Source: Clostridia bacterium (GTDB lineage Bacteria > Bacillota > Clostridia > Oscillospirales > CAG-272). Taken from it: DNA of 41,795 nt. The stretch is from positions 1 through 41,795 of the forward strand of contig JAGAJV010000191.1 in NCBI GenBank assembly GCA_017625915.1, read 5' to 3'. The translations under genes and the position numbers were made by a program. Positions 1 to 9,650 of the stretch are shown piece after piece. How positions within the stretch are numbered: the first letter of the stretch is position 1; each line of letters starts with the position of its first letter. The notes beneath the pieces are model-generated. The model was not told where the DNA came from, searched no databases, and was given only the letters and a program-made list of their open reading frames with translations.

Positions 1-363
<363 letters not shown>

Positions 364-371
364 TAAAAACT

Positions 372-401
372 AACGGAACAGGCTTTTGTCTGTTCCGTTT
401 T
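372..401 (+). terminator. Intrinsic terminator after guaB
   Basis: Stem AACGGAACAGGC-TTTT-GTCTGTTCCGTT followed by T residues. Confidence 0.85.
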
Positions 402-607
402 CAATTTAGAGTTTACCTTATATTAAAATTTTATTTAAAATCAACAGACAGTGGCGTGTGAAACCACTGAAAAAGTTGTTAAAAGTCCTGTCAAATGTGA
501 ATTTGTTGAAAATTCGTGTAAAAAGATGATTTTTGATAAGCACGCAAAATTTTGAAAAATGATTCTAATATCTAACAAAATATTTTCTTGCAATAATCTC
601 ATTATTT

Positions 608-689
608 GCTGACACAATGGTCGCCCCTACTGTAAATTAAATATCTTGTTAGCACTTCATTATATTTCGGTAGCGAGCCCCTACCCTAC
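608..689 (-). repeat. Two degenerate GTAG-type REP-like elements
   Basis: Minus strand reads GTAGGGGCGACCATTGTGTCAGC (608-630) and GTAGGGTAGGGGCTCGCTACCG (668-689): GTAG foot plus an imperfect GC-rich palindrome in AT-rich intergenic DNA. Confidence 0.5.
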
Positions 690-782
690 ACAGACTGATT
701 GCTGATTTTTAATCTGTTTTGTGTTTGATTTAAGTGTTTTTTAAGGGAATGTGATTTTTTTATGAAAATTTTATAATTATTA

Positions 783-811
783 TTGACTTAAACAAAAATT
801 TGGTATAAAAT
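783..811 (+). promoter_or_regulatory. SigA-type promoter of AI-2E transporter
   Basis: TTGACT-17 bp-TAAAAT; RBS AAGGAGG before GTG at 847. Confidence 0.65.
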
Positions 812-846
812 TGTAGTAAGACTAAATCTAAAAGGAGGTAAATGAA

Positions 847-2331
847 GTGTTTAAGAATTTCAAGAAAAACGACAAGTATTTTACAATTGCAGTTTATACA
901 TTTTTAGTTGTAGCTGCTCTAATTGGCTTGATTTTCGTTTTTATGAATTTTGGTAAAATTACCACCTTTGTTGAAGGTCTTATTAAGGCTCTTATGTCCT
1001 TTGTTTACGGCTTTAGCATTGCGTACATTTGTAATCCAATATATAAAAGCCTTCATAAATATGTATTTAAATTTATTGACAGAAAAAAGGAGCGTCCAAA
1101 ATTAAGAAAGGGACTTTCTATTTTCCTTACTTATATAATTTTCTTTGCATTAATTACTCTATTGCTTTTTGCAATTATTCCTCAAATCGCTAACAATATT
1201 GAAGATTTAGGTGCTAACATAAAGGAATATGGCGAGAATTTTGTAAACGGTTTGAATAACCTACTTACTAAGGCTTCAAGCATTTTCCCCGGTATTCATC
1301 CCGATGAAATTATTCAAATGGTACAGAATATGTTTTCCGGTGAGGGTGACGGTATTATTGCCCAGGTAATTAACTATATACTGCAAAACTCCGGAAGCAT
1401 TTTAGAGGCCGGCTCCGCTGTTGTTAGTCAGATTTTTGCTTTCTTTGTTGGTATTATTCTTTCAATTTATTTCTTAGTTTACAAGGATTTCTTAATTGCG
1501 AGACTAAAAAGACTTTTATGCTCTGTCTTTAAAAAAGAGGGCTATGAAAGAATAATTAATTTTGGCAGATATTCAGATAAAACCTTTGGTAGATATTTAC
1601 TAGGTGCTCTTCTTGACTCAATTTTAGTTGGCTTTGTTGTGTTTGTTATTCTTGCAATTTTCAAATTTCCACTTGCGCCACTTATTGGTGTTATAGTTGG
1701 TGTTACAAATGTAATTCCTTTCTTCGGTCCATTTTTAGGTGGTATTCCATCCGCTCTACTCATTCTTATTCACAGTGACGGCGGTCTTGTTAAAGCGTTG
1801 ATATTTGCTATAATTATTGTTATTGTACAGCAAGTTGACGGTAACATTATTGCTCCTCACATTCACGGCTCCGCAACCGGCTTAACTCCTATCGGTGTTA
1901 TTTTAGCCGTTACTGTTTGCTCTCACGTATTTGGCTTTGTTGGTATGCTTATTGGTGTACCTCTTTGTGCAGTTATTTCTTATCTTGTTACTATTTTAAT
2001 AGAAAACAAGCTTAAAAAGAAAAAGATGCCTGTTAATGTTGACTGCTACCGAGCCAAAGACATTTATAAGGATGATAGCTTTATTAAGGCTAAGGGTGCT
2101 TTGGAGGCTCAAGAAAGAATCGAGCATCACGAGACAGTTGAAAAGGTTAAGGCTGAAAATAAGGTTTCTGAAGATGTTATCCACAAGGTTGAGGAAAGAA
2201 TCGTTGACGAGATTATCAACACTGTAGCTGAGGAAATCATTCAAAAGGCTGAGGCTGAAATCGTTGCTGAAAGCGAGCCTAAGGCAGATACCGTTGAATC
2301 AAATAAGGTAGCCACTGACGACGATAAATAA
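847..2331 (+). CDS. AI-2E family (PerM/YhhT-like) membrane transporter with acidic C-terminal extension
   Basis: Many TM segments; motifs AYICNP, NVIPFFGPFLG, QQVDGNIIAPHIHG, FGFVGMLIGVP. Confidence 0.9.
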   Translation: MFKNFKKNDKYFTIAVYTFLVVAALIGLIFVFMNFGKITTFVEGLIKALMSFVYGFSIAYICNPIYKSLHKYVFKFIDRKKERPKLRKGLSIFLTYIIFFALITLLLFAIIPQIANNIEDLGANIKEYGENFVNGLNNLLTKASSIFPGIHPDEIIQMVQNMFSGEGDGIIAQVINYILQNSGSILEAGSAVVSQIFAFFVGIILSIYFLVYKDFLIARLKRLLCSVFKKEGYERIINFGRYSDKTFGRYLLGALLDSILVGFVVFVILAIFKFPLAPLIGVIVGVTNVIPFFGPFLGGIPSALLILIHSDGGLVKALIFAIIIVIVQQVDGNIIAPHIHGSATGLTPIGVILAVTVCSHVFGFVGMLIGVPLCAVISYLVTILIENKLKKKKMPVNVDCYRAKDIYKDDSFIKAKGALEAQERIEHHETVEKVKAENKVSEDVIHKVEERIVDEIINTVAEEIIQKAEAEIVAESEPKADTVESNKVATDDDK

Positions 2332-2335
2332 TTTT

Positions 2336-2367
2336 AAAGGCATTTTGCATTTTGCAAAATGCTTTTT
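2336..2367 (+). terminator. Intrinsic terminator
   Basis: AAAGGCATTTTGCA / TGCAAAATGCTTTT stem plus T tract. Confidence 0.75.
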
Positions 2368-2423
2368 GTTTATAATAAGCATTTTTGTCAATAATATAGT
2401 TATTAAAGCAAAGGAGTTTTATT

Positions 2424-3671
2424 ATGGATTTAAGAATATGTTCTGTTTCGGCAAGAGAAATAATTGATTCAAGAGGTATGCCAACTGTTGAGGCTACAGT
2501 TCAATTAGCTTGTGGCGCTATGGGTGTTGCGTCTGTTCCATCCGGTGCTTCAACAGGAATTTTTGAGGCTATTGAGCTAAGAGATAACGACAAAAAAAGA
2601 TATTTTGGCAAGGGTGTATCTAAAGCGGTTAATAATGTAAACAGTATTATTGCGCCTGCTTTAATTCAGTGTGGTTATACTGATTTTAGAGGCGCTGACA
2701 GGATTATTGCTTCTCTTGACGGTACTGAAAATATGGAAAAAATGGGCGCTAATGCTTCTCTTTCCGTTTCATTGGCGCTTGCAAAGGCACATGCAAATGC
2801 CTATAAGCTACCACTGTATAGATATTTAGGCGGTGCTTTTGGAACTACATTACCCGTACCTATGATGAATATTTTAAACGGTGGAGCTCACGCATCAAAT
2901 AATATTGATATTCAAGAATTTATGATTGTGCCTGTAGGCTTTAGTAGCTTTAAGGAAATGTTAAGAGCAGGATGCGAAATTTATTTTTCCTTAAAAAACA
3001 CATTAAAAAAAGAGGGCTACTCTACATCTGTTGGTGACGAGGGTGGCTTTGCGCCTGATTTATCCAGCGAGGAGGAAGCTCTTGATTTAATTGTTCAAGC
3101 AATTAAGGATGCCGGATATAACACAGAAAAAGTAAAAATCGCACTTGATGTTGCATCCAGTGAATGGTGGACAGAGGAAAAGAAATATATTTTACCAAAA
3201 AGTAAGCTGGGTTACACATCTCACGATTTGATTGAAAAATGGGATAAATTAATTAAAAAATACCCTATTATTTCTATTGAGGACCCACTTGCAGAGGAAG
3301 ATTATAATGGTTGGACAGAAATTACAAGATTACTTGGCGATAAAGTTATGCTAGTGGGAGACGATTTATTTGTGACTAATACAAAAAGACTTCAAAAGGG
3401 ATTTGATTTACAAATGGCAAATTCTATTTTAATTAAACCAAATCAAATCGGTTCTCTTTCCTCTACACTTGATGTAATTAAAATGGCTAAAAATAATTCC
3501 TATAAAACAATCATTTCACACAGATCCGGGGAAACTGACGATACAACAATTGCCGATATTGCGGTGGCAGTTAATGCAGGCTTTATAAAAACCGGTGCGC
3601 CCTGTAGAATGGATAGAAACGCTAAATATAACAGGTTACTAAAAATTGAACAGGAGCTTTTTGATTTTTAA
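2424..3671 (+). CDS. eno: Enolase (phosphopyruvate hydratase)
   Basis: [52 protein letters not shown] all present. Confidence 0.97.
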   Translation: MDLRICSVSAREIIDSRGMPTVEATVQLACGAMGVASVPSGASTGIFEAIELRDNDKKRYFGKGVSKAVNNVNSIIAPALIQCGYTDFRGADRIIASLDGTENMEKMGANASLSVSLALAKAHANAYKLPLYRYLGGAFGTTLPVPMMNILNGGAHASNNIDIQEFMIVPVGFSSFKEMLRAGCEIYFSLKNTLKKEGYSTSVGDEGGFAPDLSSEEEALDLIVQAIKDAGYNTEKVKIALDVASSEWWTEEKKYILPKSKLGYTSHDLIEKWDKLIKKYPIISIEDPLAEEDYNGWTEITRLLGDKVMLVGDDLFVTNTKRLQKGFDLQMANSILIKPNQIGSLSSTLDVIKMAKNNSYKTIISHRSGETDDTTIADIAVAVNAGFIKTGAPCRMDRNAKYNRLLKIEQELFDF

Positions 3672-3680
3672 TAATTTTTT

Positions 3681-3738
3681 GTCAAGTTAAGATTTTTTAA
3701 AATCTTACTTGACTTTTACATATATTATATGGTATAAT
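3681..3738 (+). promoter_or_regulatory. Inverted repeat (possible eno terminator) overlapping a SigA promoter of the SRP RNA
   Basis: GTCAAGTTAAGATTTT/AAAATCTTACTTGAC (3681-3713); TTGACT (3709-3714)-18 bp-TATAAT (3733-3738) with extended TG. Confidence 0.6.
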
Positions 3739-3785
3739 ACCACAGTATAGAAAATATATTATAATAAAACAAGTTGTGATATAAG

Positions 3786-4056
3786 GTCATACTAGCCGGG
3801 GCGGTAGCGGTGCCCTATACCTGAAATCCGCTATAGCAGGGGGGAATTCCCGTTTTTGAGGGTTATTCTTGTGTGGTCAGCACCTTTAGTTGAAATGATG
3901 ACAGATGAGTCTTACGCAATTGTCGGCTATGAACCGTGTCAGATGGGGGACCAAGCAGCACTAAGTGGTTGTGATGATGTGCCGTGAGGGTGCTTGTCTC
4001 GAGTGGATGCTATCGGCTAGCGCATGTAAGGGTAATTCGAAATTCGGGTGTATGAT
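3786..4056 (+). ncRNA. ffs: Large bacterial SRP RNA (scRNA); ends approximate
   Basis: Alu-domain-like 5' sequence GGGGCGGTAGCGGTGCCCTATACCTGAAATCCGCTATAGCAGG; helix 8 GAACCGTGTCAGATGG-GGGA-CCAAGCAGCAC; paired ends; canonical position upstream of dnaX. Confidence 0.95.
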
Positions 4057-4103
4057 CTTATATGACAGCTTGTTTTTATTTGGTAAAATTTAGGAGGTAA
4101 ATT

Positions 4104-5696
4104 ATGCATCAGGCATTATACAGAAAATATAGACCTTTTGTTTTTGACGATGTTTACGGTCAAGAGCATATTACATCTATTTTAAGACACGAAGCCACAC
4201 ATAATTCTACCTCACACGCATATTTATTTGCAGGCTCTCGCGGTACCGGTAAGACTACCTGTGCTAAAATTTTAGCTAAGGTTGTAAACTGCTTAAATCC
4301 GCAAAACGGTAATCCTTGTAATGAATGTAAAAATTGCAAGGCTATTGATACAGGCGCTACAACTGATGTTATCGAGATGGACGCTGCTACAAATACCGGT
4401 GTTGATTACATAAGAGATTTAAGAGATAATGTAATGTACACACCAGCCATGCTAAAAAAGAGAGTTTACATTATTGACGAGGCTCATATGCTATCAGACA
4501 GTGCTTTTAATGCTCTACTTAAGACTATTGAAGAGCCACCTGAGCATGTTTTATACATTTTTGCTACAACTGAACCACACAAAATTCCTGCGACTATTAT
4601 TTCCCGTTGTCAACGCTTTGAGTTTCGCAGAATTTCGGTAAAATCTCTTGTTGAAAGGCTTATGTATATTGCCTCAAAAGAAAATATTGATTTAACCGAG
4701 GAGGGCGCAACACTAATTGCAAAGGCTGCACAGGGTGGAATGCGTGATGCTATTAGCTTAATGGAGCTTTGCGCAGGCTCTCACACTACTATTACAGGTG
4801 AGCTTGTTAATAACATTTTAGGTACAAGCCCTTATGATAAGATGTGTGCTGTAGCTAAGAATATTGCTGAAAAGAGGTATTCCCTGCTTTTTGATACTAT
4901 TAATGATATTGTTGTTTCCTCTAAGGATATTTTAGTTTTCTTTGCTGATTTGACCTCCTTTTATAGAGATATGATGGTTCAAAAATCCTCCGGCAGTGCT
5001 AAATATCTTGATTTATTACCACAGGAAGCCAAGTTACTTGAGGATACAAGCTCGTTATTTAATATGGCAACGCTAATTTATCACGCTTCACTGCTTGATG
5101 ATGCTTATTCAAACATGATGCGTAACCCCTCTAGCAAGCGTTTAATTGCCGAGATTACGCTAATGAAGATGTGTGACCCAAAATTAAGCGATTCTAATGA
5201 TGCTATTTTATCAAGGCTTGCTTCACTTGAGGATAAGGTTACATTACTTTCAAAGGGTGTTATTACTCCTATAAAAGAGGAAATCAAGAGTGATAACGAT
5301 ACAAAGCCCGTTCGTGAGGTAGAAAGCGACGAGGAAATAGCAGACGAACCTTATGAAATTAAGGAAAATACCGAATCACAAAAAAGCGAGACTAGCGAGG
5401 GTGGCAATAGCTACAAGCTTGATAATTGGGACGATATTATAGGAAAGGTAGAGGAAAGGGATGCGGCAGTTGGAAGCTTTTTAAAGAGCTGTGACTGCAT
5501 TTATTCCAAAAAACACGATAAATTCTATATCTTTACAACTGCAAAGCTAATGGCAACTATGCTGGCTATGGATAAAAATAAAAAATCAATTTTTGATGCT
5601 ATGCTCTGCTGTGATATAAATATTAACTCAATTACACAAATTGAAATTGTTTTTAAAAAATCTAAATCTGAAAGGTCTGATTTAGACGAATTCTAA
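4104..5696 (+). CDS. dnaX: DNA polymerase III subunit gamma/tau
   Basis: LYRKYRP, Walker A GSRGTGKT, zinc module, IIDEAHML, SRC motif. Confidence 0.97.
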   Translation: MHQALYRKYRPFVFDDVYGQEHITSILRHEATHNSTSHAYLFAGSRGTGKTTCAKILAKVVNCLNPQNGNPCNECKNCKAIDTGATTDVIEMDAATNTGVDYIRDLRDNVMYTPAMLKKRVYIIDEAHMLSDSAFNALLKTIEEPPEHVLYIFATTEPHKIPATIISRCQRFEFRRISVKSLVERLMYIASKENIDLTEEGATLIAKAAQGGMRDAISLMELCAGSHTTITGELVNNILGTSPYDKMCAVAKNIAEKRYSLLFDTINDIVVSSKDILVFFADLTSFYRDMMVQKSSGSAKYLDLLPQEAKLLEDTSSLFNMATLIYHASLLDDAYSNMMRNPSSKRLIAEITLMKMCDPKLSDSNDAILSRLASLEDKVTLLSKGVITPIKEEIKSDNDTKPVREVESDEEIADEPYEIKENTESQKSETSEGGNSYKLDNWDDIIGKVEERDAAVGSFLKSCDCIYSKKHDKFYIFTTAKLMATMLAMDKNKKSIFDAMLCCDININSITQIEIVFKKSKSERSDLDEF

Positions 5697-5713
5697 TATA
5701 AAGGAGATTTATT

Positions 5714-6049
5714 ATGAAGGCGATGGTTCCAAAGGGTCCTAGCATGAACGAAATGCTAAAGCAGGCTCAAAAAATGCAAGAGGAAATGCAGGCTAAGCAG
5801 GCTGAGCTTGAGGAAAAGGAATATGAGGTATCTGCAGGTGGCGGTGTTGTAAAGGTAAAGATTAACGGTAAGCGTGAAATTTTATCTATGGATATTGCCG
5901 AGGAAATAGTTGACCCTGACGATATTGAAACATTATCTGACATTATTGTTGCAGCGGTAAATGAGGCAATAAAGAGGGTAAACACAACTACTGATGCAGA
6001 AATGGCTAAGATTAGCGGTCCTTTAGGCGGTATGGGTGGCTTATTTTAA
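5714..6049 (+). CDS. ybaB: YbaB/EbfC nucleoid-associated protein
   Basis: MLKQAQKMQ, AGGGVVKV, DPDDIETLSDIIVAAVN; lies between dnaX and recR. Confidence 0.95.
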   Translation: MKAMVPKGPSMNEMLKQAQKMQEEMQAKQAELEEKEYEVSAGGGVVKVKINGKREILSMDIAEEIVDPDDIETLSDIIVAAVNEAIKRVNTTTDAEMAKISGPLGGMGGLF

Positions 6050-6648
6050 TGGATACATTAATTAAACCGCTACAGGATTTAATTGAAAAATTCCGTTCTC
6101 TTGACGGAGTAGGCAAAAAAAGCGCTATGAAAATGGCATTTTCCATACTCGATATGGAAAATAACGAGGCTTTTGATTTTGCACAAGCAATTTTAGATGT
6201 AAAAACTAAGGTTGGCATATGCAAATGCTGTCAAAACATTTCAAGCGAGGAGCTATGCCCTATTTGTGCATCAAGCACAAGAGATCATTCTTTAATTTGC
6301 GTGGTTGAGGATTATCAAAGCTTGATTGCTATTGAAAAGGTTAAGGAATATAACGGGGTTTATCATATTTTACACGGTACAATTTCTCCTATGAAGCAAA
6401 TTGGACCTGACAAATTAAAAATCAAGGAATTACTTGACAGAATTAACAATGATAATGTAACTGAGGTAATTGTGGCAACTAATGCAACGGTTGAGGGTGA
6501 GGCTACAGCTATGTATCTTTCAAGATTGCTTAAGCCGCTTGATATTAAGGTTACAAGAATTGCTAACGGCTTGCCTGTTGGCGCTGATATTGAGTATGCA
6601 GACTCTGTTACTCTTTTCCGTGCTATTCAAGGCAGACACGAAATATAA
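6049..6648 (+). CDS. recR: Recombination mediator RecR
   Basis: HhH GVGKKSA, C4 zinc finger, TOPRIM ATNATVEGEATA. Confidence 0.97.
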   Translation: MDTLIKPLQDLIEKFRSLDGVGKKSAMKMAFSILDMENNEAFDFAQAILDVKTKVGICKCCQNISSEELCPICASSTRDHSLICVVEDYQSLIAIEKVKEYNGVYHILHGTISPMKQIGPDKLKIKELLDRINNDNVTEVIVATNATVEGEATAMYLSRLLKPLDIKVTRIANGLPVGADIEYADSVTLFRAIQGRHEI

Positions 6649-6667
6649 AAGAAATTAGGACTTTATA

Positions 6668-7774
6668 ATGAAATATGTTTTTTTCGACATTGAATGTGCC
6701 AATTGCTTTCACGGTAATGGCAAAATTTGCTCATTCGGCTATGTTGTAACTGATGAGAGATTTAAAATTCTTGAGAAAAGAGATATTCCTATGAATCCTC
6801 ATTCCAAATTTCATTTATTCGGTCACAAAAATCATCCCGGCATAGTTCTTGCCTATGATGAAAAGACATTTAATTCTTCTCCTGATTTTATACATTTTTA
6901 CAAAAAAATTCGTAATCTTTTAACCGATAAGCATTGTATGAACTTTGGCTTCTCTGTTTTATCTGATGCCGGATATATTAAGAGTGAGTGCAAAAGATAT
7001 GCTAAGGAAATGTTTGATTATGAATTTATTGATGTTCAACGAATTTACACTGATTTTAAGGGGCTCGATAATACTCCTGCATTAATTAAATGTGCGGCAG
7101 AATACGGTGTTACTGAATCGCAAGAGATACATAAAAGTGATGATGATTCCTATTTTACAATGCGTGTTTTAAAGGGGCTCTGTGAAGAAGCAGGACTTAC
7201 TGTTAAGGAATTAATCGAAAAGTATCCTCACTGTCAAGGAAAATGTAAAAACGGGGAAATTGAATCCGAATATTTAAAATTCAAAGAAGAGCAAAAGCTA
7301 CACAAGCTTTCTAAAATGGAAAAGCTGACTGGTAGTCTTCGTTCAAACTGGGTTTACAGAGTTGAGGGCAACTATGATGAGATTAACGCATATGCAAAAA
7401 AGGTATATGTAAATCGAAAATCAGACTCCTCTCTTTCTTGTAAACGAGTTTGCTTAAGTGGTCTTTATGAGGATTATCATTTCAATGAAATGATGAATAT
7501 TATTTCTCTGCTTGCAGAAAATGGCGCTAAATACACCAAGCGTGCTTATGCTTGCGATGTTTTTGTCACATATGATTTAATTGACAAAAATGGCAAGGAA
7601 TATAAATGCTACCGTAAGGAAAAAGCATTAAATGCTATAAAATCCGGTAGCGAAATTGAAATTATTACCTTTGACAAGCTTTTAGAGCTACTTAATACTG
7701 ATGAAAATGCAATTAAGGTGCTCGACAGAAGCAAGCTTGCTCCTTTAAAGGATAAGGATTTTGCAAAGGCGTAA
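6668..7774 (+). CDS. DEDDh (DnaQ-like) 3'-5' exonuclease with probable C-terminal BRCT-like domain
   Basis: ExoI FFDIEC, ExoIII HKSDDD; the C-terminal region (RVCLSG...GAKYT...IEIITFDKLLELL) resembles BRCT. Confidence 0.75.
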   Translation: MKYVFFDIECANCFHGNGKICSFGYVVTDERFKILEKRDIPMNPHSKFHLFGHKNHPGIVLAYDEKTFNSSPDFIHFYKKIRNLLTDKHCMNFGFSVLSDAGYIKSECKRYAKEMFDYEFIDVQRIYTDFKGLDNTPALIKCAAEYGVTESQEIHKSDDDSYFTMRVLKGLCEEAGLTVKELIEKYPHCQGKCKNGEIESEYLKFKEEQKLHKLSKMEKLTGSLRSNWVYRVEGNYDEINAYAKKVYVNRKSDSSLSCKRVCLSGLYEDYHFNEMMNIISLLAENGAKYTKRAYACDVFVTYDLIDKNGKEYKCYRKEKALNAIKSGSEIEIITFDKLLELLNTDENAIKVLDRSKLAPLKDKDFAKA

Positions 7775-7776
7775 AT

Positions 7777-7829
7777 AAAACAGACACTCCCTTCGCCAGC
7801 GTGGCATTTAGACGGAGTGTCTGTTTTTT
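7777..7829 (+). terminator. Terminator of the dnaX-recR-exonuclease unit
   Basis: AAAACAGACACTCC / GGAGTGTCTGTTTT stem with a 23-nt loop and T tract. Confidence 0.75.
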
Positions 7830-7841
7830 ATCATTTTTACG

Positions 7842-7922
7842 TAATGTAACATTAAATGTTACATTATTTTTGCAAAAAGCAACCCAAATTTGATTGATTT
7901 TTTTCTATGTATATTGTAAAAT
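7842..7922 (+). promoter_or_regulatory. Perfect 12-bp inverted repeat (candidate operator) and SigA promoter
   Basis: TAATGTAACATT-A-AATGTTACATTA (7842-7866); TTGATT (7894-7899)-17 bp-TAAAAT (7917-7922). Confidence 0.65.
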
Positions 7923-7954
7923 AAATATAGAAAAAGCCACAGGAGGTGCAAAAT

Positions 7955-8908
7955 ATGAGCTTTGGCGAAAATGTAGTTTACTACAGAAAAGAATTAAAAA
8001 TTACACAGGAGGAGCTAGCTGAAAAGTTATGTGTTTCCAGGCAAACAGTGTCAAGATGGGAAAATGACAGCTTTTTCCCCGATATGGATACATTAATTAA
8101 GCTTTGCGACTTATTTGAATGTGATATGGATACGCTTGTTCGAGGACAGGCGGAGAAAAAAATATCTTTAAATTCAAATAATGACGTCAATTTTACAATA
8201 AATGAATACGATAAGCATATGAATAAATTCTCTTTATTTATTTCATTCGGTGTAGCATTGATTATTTTGGGAGTTTCTCTGCTTCTTTTAATAAATGCAT
8301 TTATTTCAGAGCTTGTTGGCATTATAGTTTTGCTTTCGCTTATTACCGTATCAGTTACATTATTCATTATAGGCGGTATTTCTCACGACGGATTTATGAG
8401 AGAGCATCCAAATATTGAGCCATATCCAGACGGAGCTAACAGAGGCTTTATGAAAAAATTTCCTTTTTATATTGCTAGCGCTACAATACTAATTTTTATT
8501 GGAGTTATTTCAATAATTATTATGAATTTTAACGAAGGATACGCACCGGCGGGATTTAGTGTTGAAGCATGGGAGCTATTTTCTGTATCATTATTTTTGT
8601 TTTTAATATCTATTGCAGTTTTCTTATATGTTTATTCAGGAATGCAGCATTCAAAATACAACATTAAGGAATACAACGAGGAATGTATAAAGGAAGGCTA
8701 CAACACCGAACATATAAGCGAAGAGGTTCGAAAAAGCATCAGGCTAGAGGATACTATCAGTGGTATAATTATGATGGTAGCCACAATTTCATTTTTACTA
8801 ATGGGCTTTATTGGCAATTTATGGCATCCTGCTTGGGTTGTATTCCCTGTTGGCGGTATTCTTTGCGGTATTGCTTCTATAATAATTAAGCAGATATTTA
8901 ATAAATAA
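7955..8908 (+). CDS. XRE-family HTH regulator with multi-pass membrane C-terminus
   Basis: ITQEELAEKLCVSRQTVSRWEND HTH, then about six TM segments; ATG 7955 follows RBS AGGAGG. Confidence 0.88.
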   Translation: MSFGENVVYYRKELKITQEELAEKLCVSRQTVSRWENDSFFPDMDTLIKLCDLFECDMDTLVRGQAEKKISLNSNNDVNFTINEYDKHMNKFSLFISFGVALIILGVSLLLLINAFISELVGIIVLLSLITVSVTLFIIGGISHDGFMREHPNIEPYPDGANRGFMKKFPFYIASATILIFIGVISIIIMNFNEGYAPAGFSVEAWELFSVSLFLFLISIAVFLYVYSGMQHSKYNIKEYNEECIKEGYNTEHISEEVRKSIRLEDTISGIIMMVATISFLLMGFIGNLWHPAWVVFPVGGILCGIASIIIKQIFNK

Positions 8909-8912
8909 TACA

Positions 8913-8945
8913 TAAGACACTCCAAATTCGCTTTGGAGTGTCTTA
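8913..8945. terminator. Hairpin between convergent genes
   Basis: TAAGACACTCCAAA-TTCGC-TTTGGAGTGTCTTA perfect 14-bp stem. Confidence 0.75.
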
Positions 8946-8948
8946 AAT

Positions 8949-9650
8949 TTATTTAAACTCGGTTAAGTCAGAATTTAGCATTTTGTTTCTTAATATTGAA
9001 TAATACTCGTCTGTTGTATCTGATATAAGAATATTGAGGTTTTTCTTAATCGCTTCAATTAAAAGCTCAGGGTTTAAGTATCTTTCACCGTCGGCACATA
9101 ATACTGTGCTAATTATTATTTTGCCGTTACTATACTCTGCCTTTAATGAATTAATAAATTCGCAAAGATTTACTACCTTTTCGTTTCCGCTTTTTGTAAT
9201 TTTAGTTACATTACATTCGTTTTTGAAAAGGTTTTCTACATCATTTGCAGTTTGTTCTGTGATTTTAGGAGAATTTAGCTTAATTGTATAATCAATATAG
9301 GCTAAATACTTGAATTTTAGCTCAGGAACATAAACATCAAGCACCTTCATTTCGTCAGGAAAATTCTTAGAAATGCGGTTTTTGATTTCATTTAAGTCCA
9401 TAGGAGTATTTATTCTAATATCTAAAAGCTCACAATCACTTTCAACACCTACAGGAAGCGGCACTGCAAACACGATTTTAGGCTGAGGATTAAAGCCCTC
9501 GCTATACCAAATATCAATATCCGCGCGCACCATTATTCTTTGCATTGTTTTAGCAAGGTCAAGGTGTGATATGTACATTAAATTCCCTTTTTTTGAGAAT
9601 TTTACTCTTACAGGAAGCATTTCTGATTCTATTTTCTTTTCGGACACCAT
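8949..9650 (-). CDS. TIGR03936-type radical SAM-associated protein (DUF2344)
   Basis: YISHLDL, YSEGFNPQPKI, LPVGVES motifs; overlaps the 3' end of the radical SAM gene. Exact start uncertain. Confidence 0.88.
   Translation of the reverse strand: MVSEKKIESEMLPVRVKFSKKGNLMYISHLDLAKTMQRIMVRADIDIWYSEGFNPQPKIVFAVPLPVGVESDCELLDIRINTPMDLNEIKNRISKNFPDEMKVLDVYVPELKFKYLAYIDYTIKLNSPKITEQTANDVENLFKNECNVTKITKSGNEKVVNLCEFINSLKAEYSNGKIIISTVLCADGERYLNPELLIEAIKKNLNILISDTTDEYYSILRNKMLNSDLTEFK

Noticed and set aside
5379-5386. AAAAAAG in dnaX near codon 426, like the E. coli tau/gamma frameshift site
   Set aside because: Wrong phase (CAA AAA AGC, not A AAA AAG) and no obvious stimulatory hairpin. The in-phase copy at 4454-4460 lies inside the AAA+ domain, where shifting would give a useless fragment.
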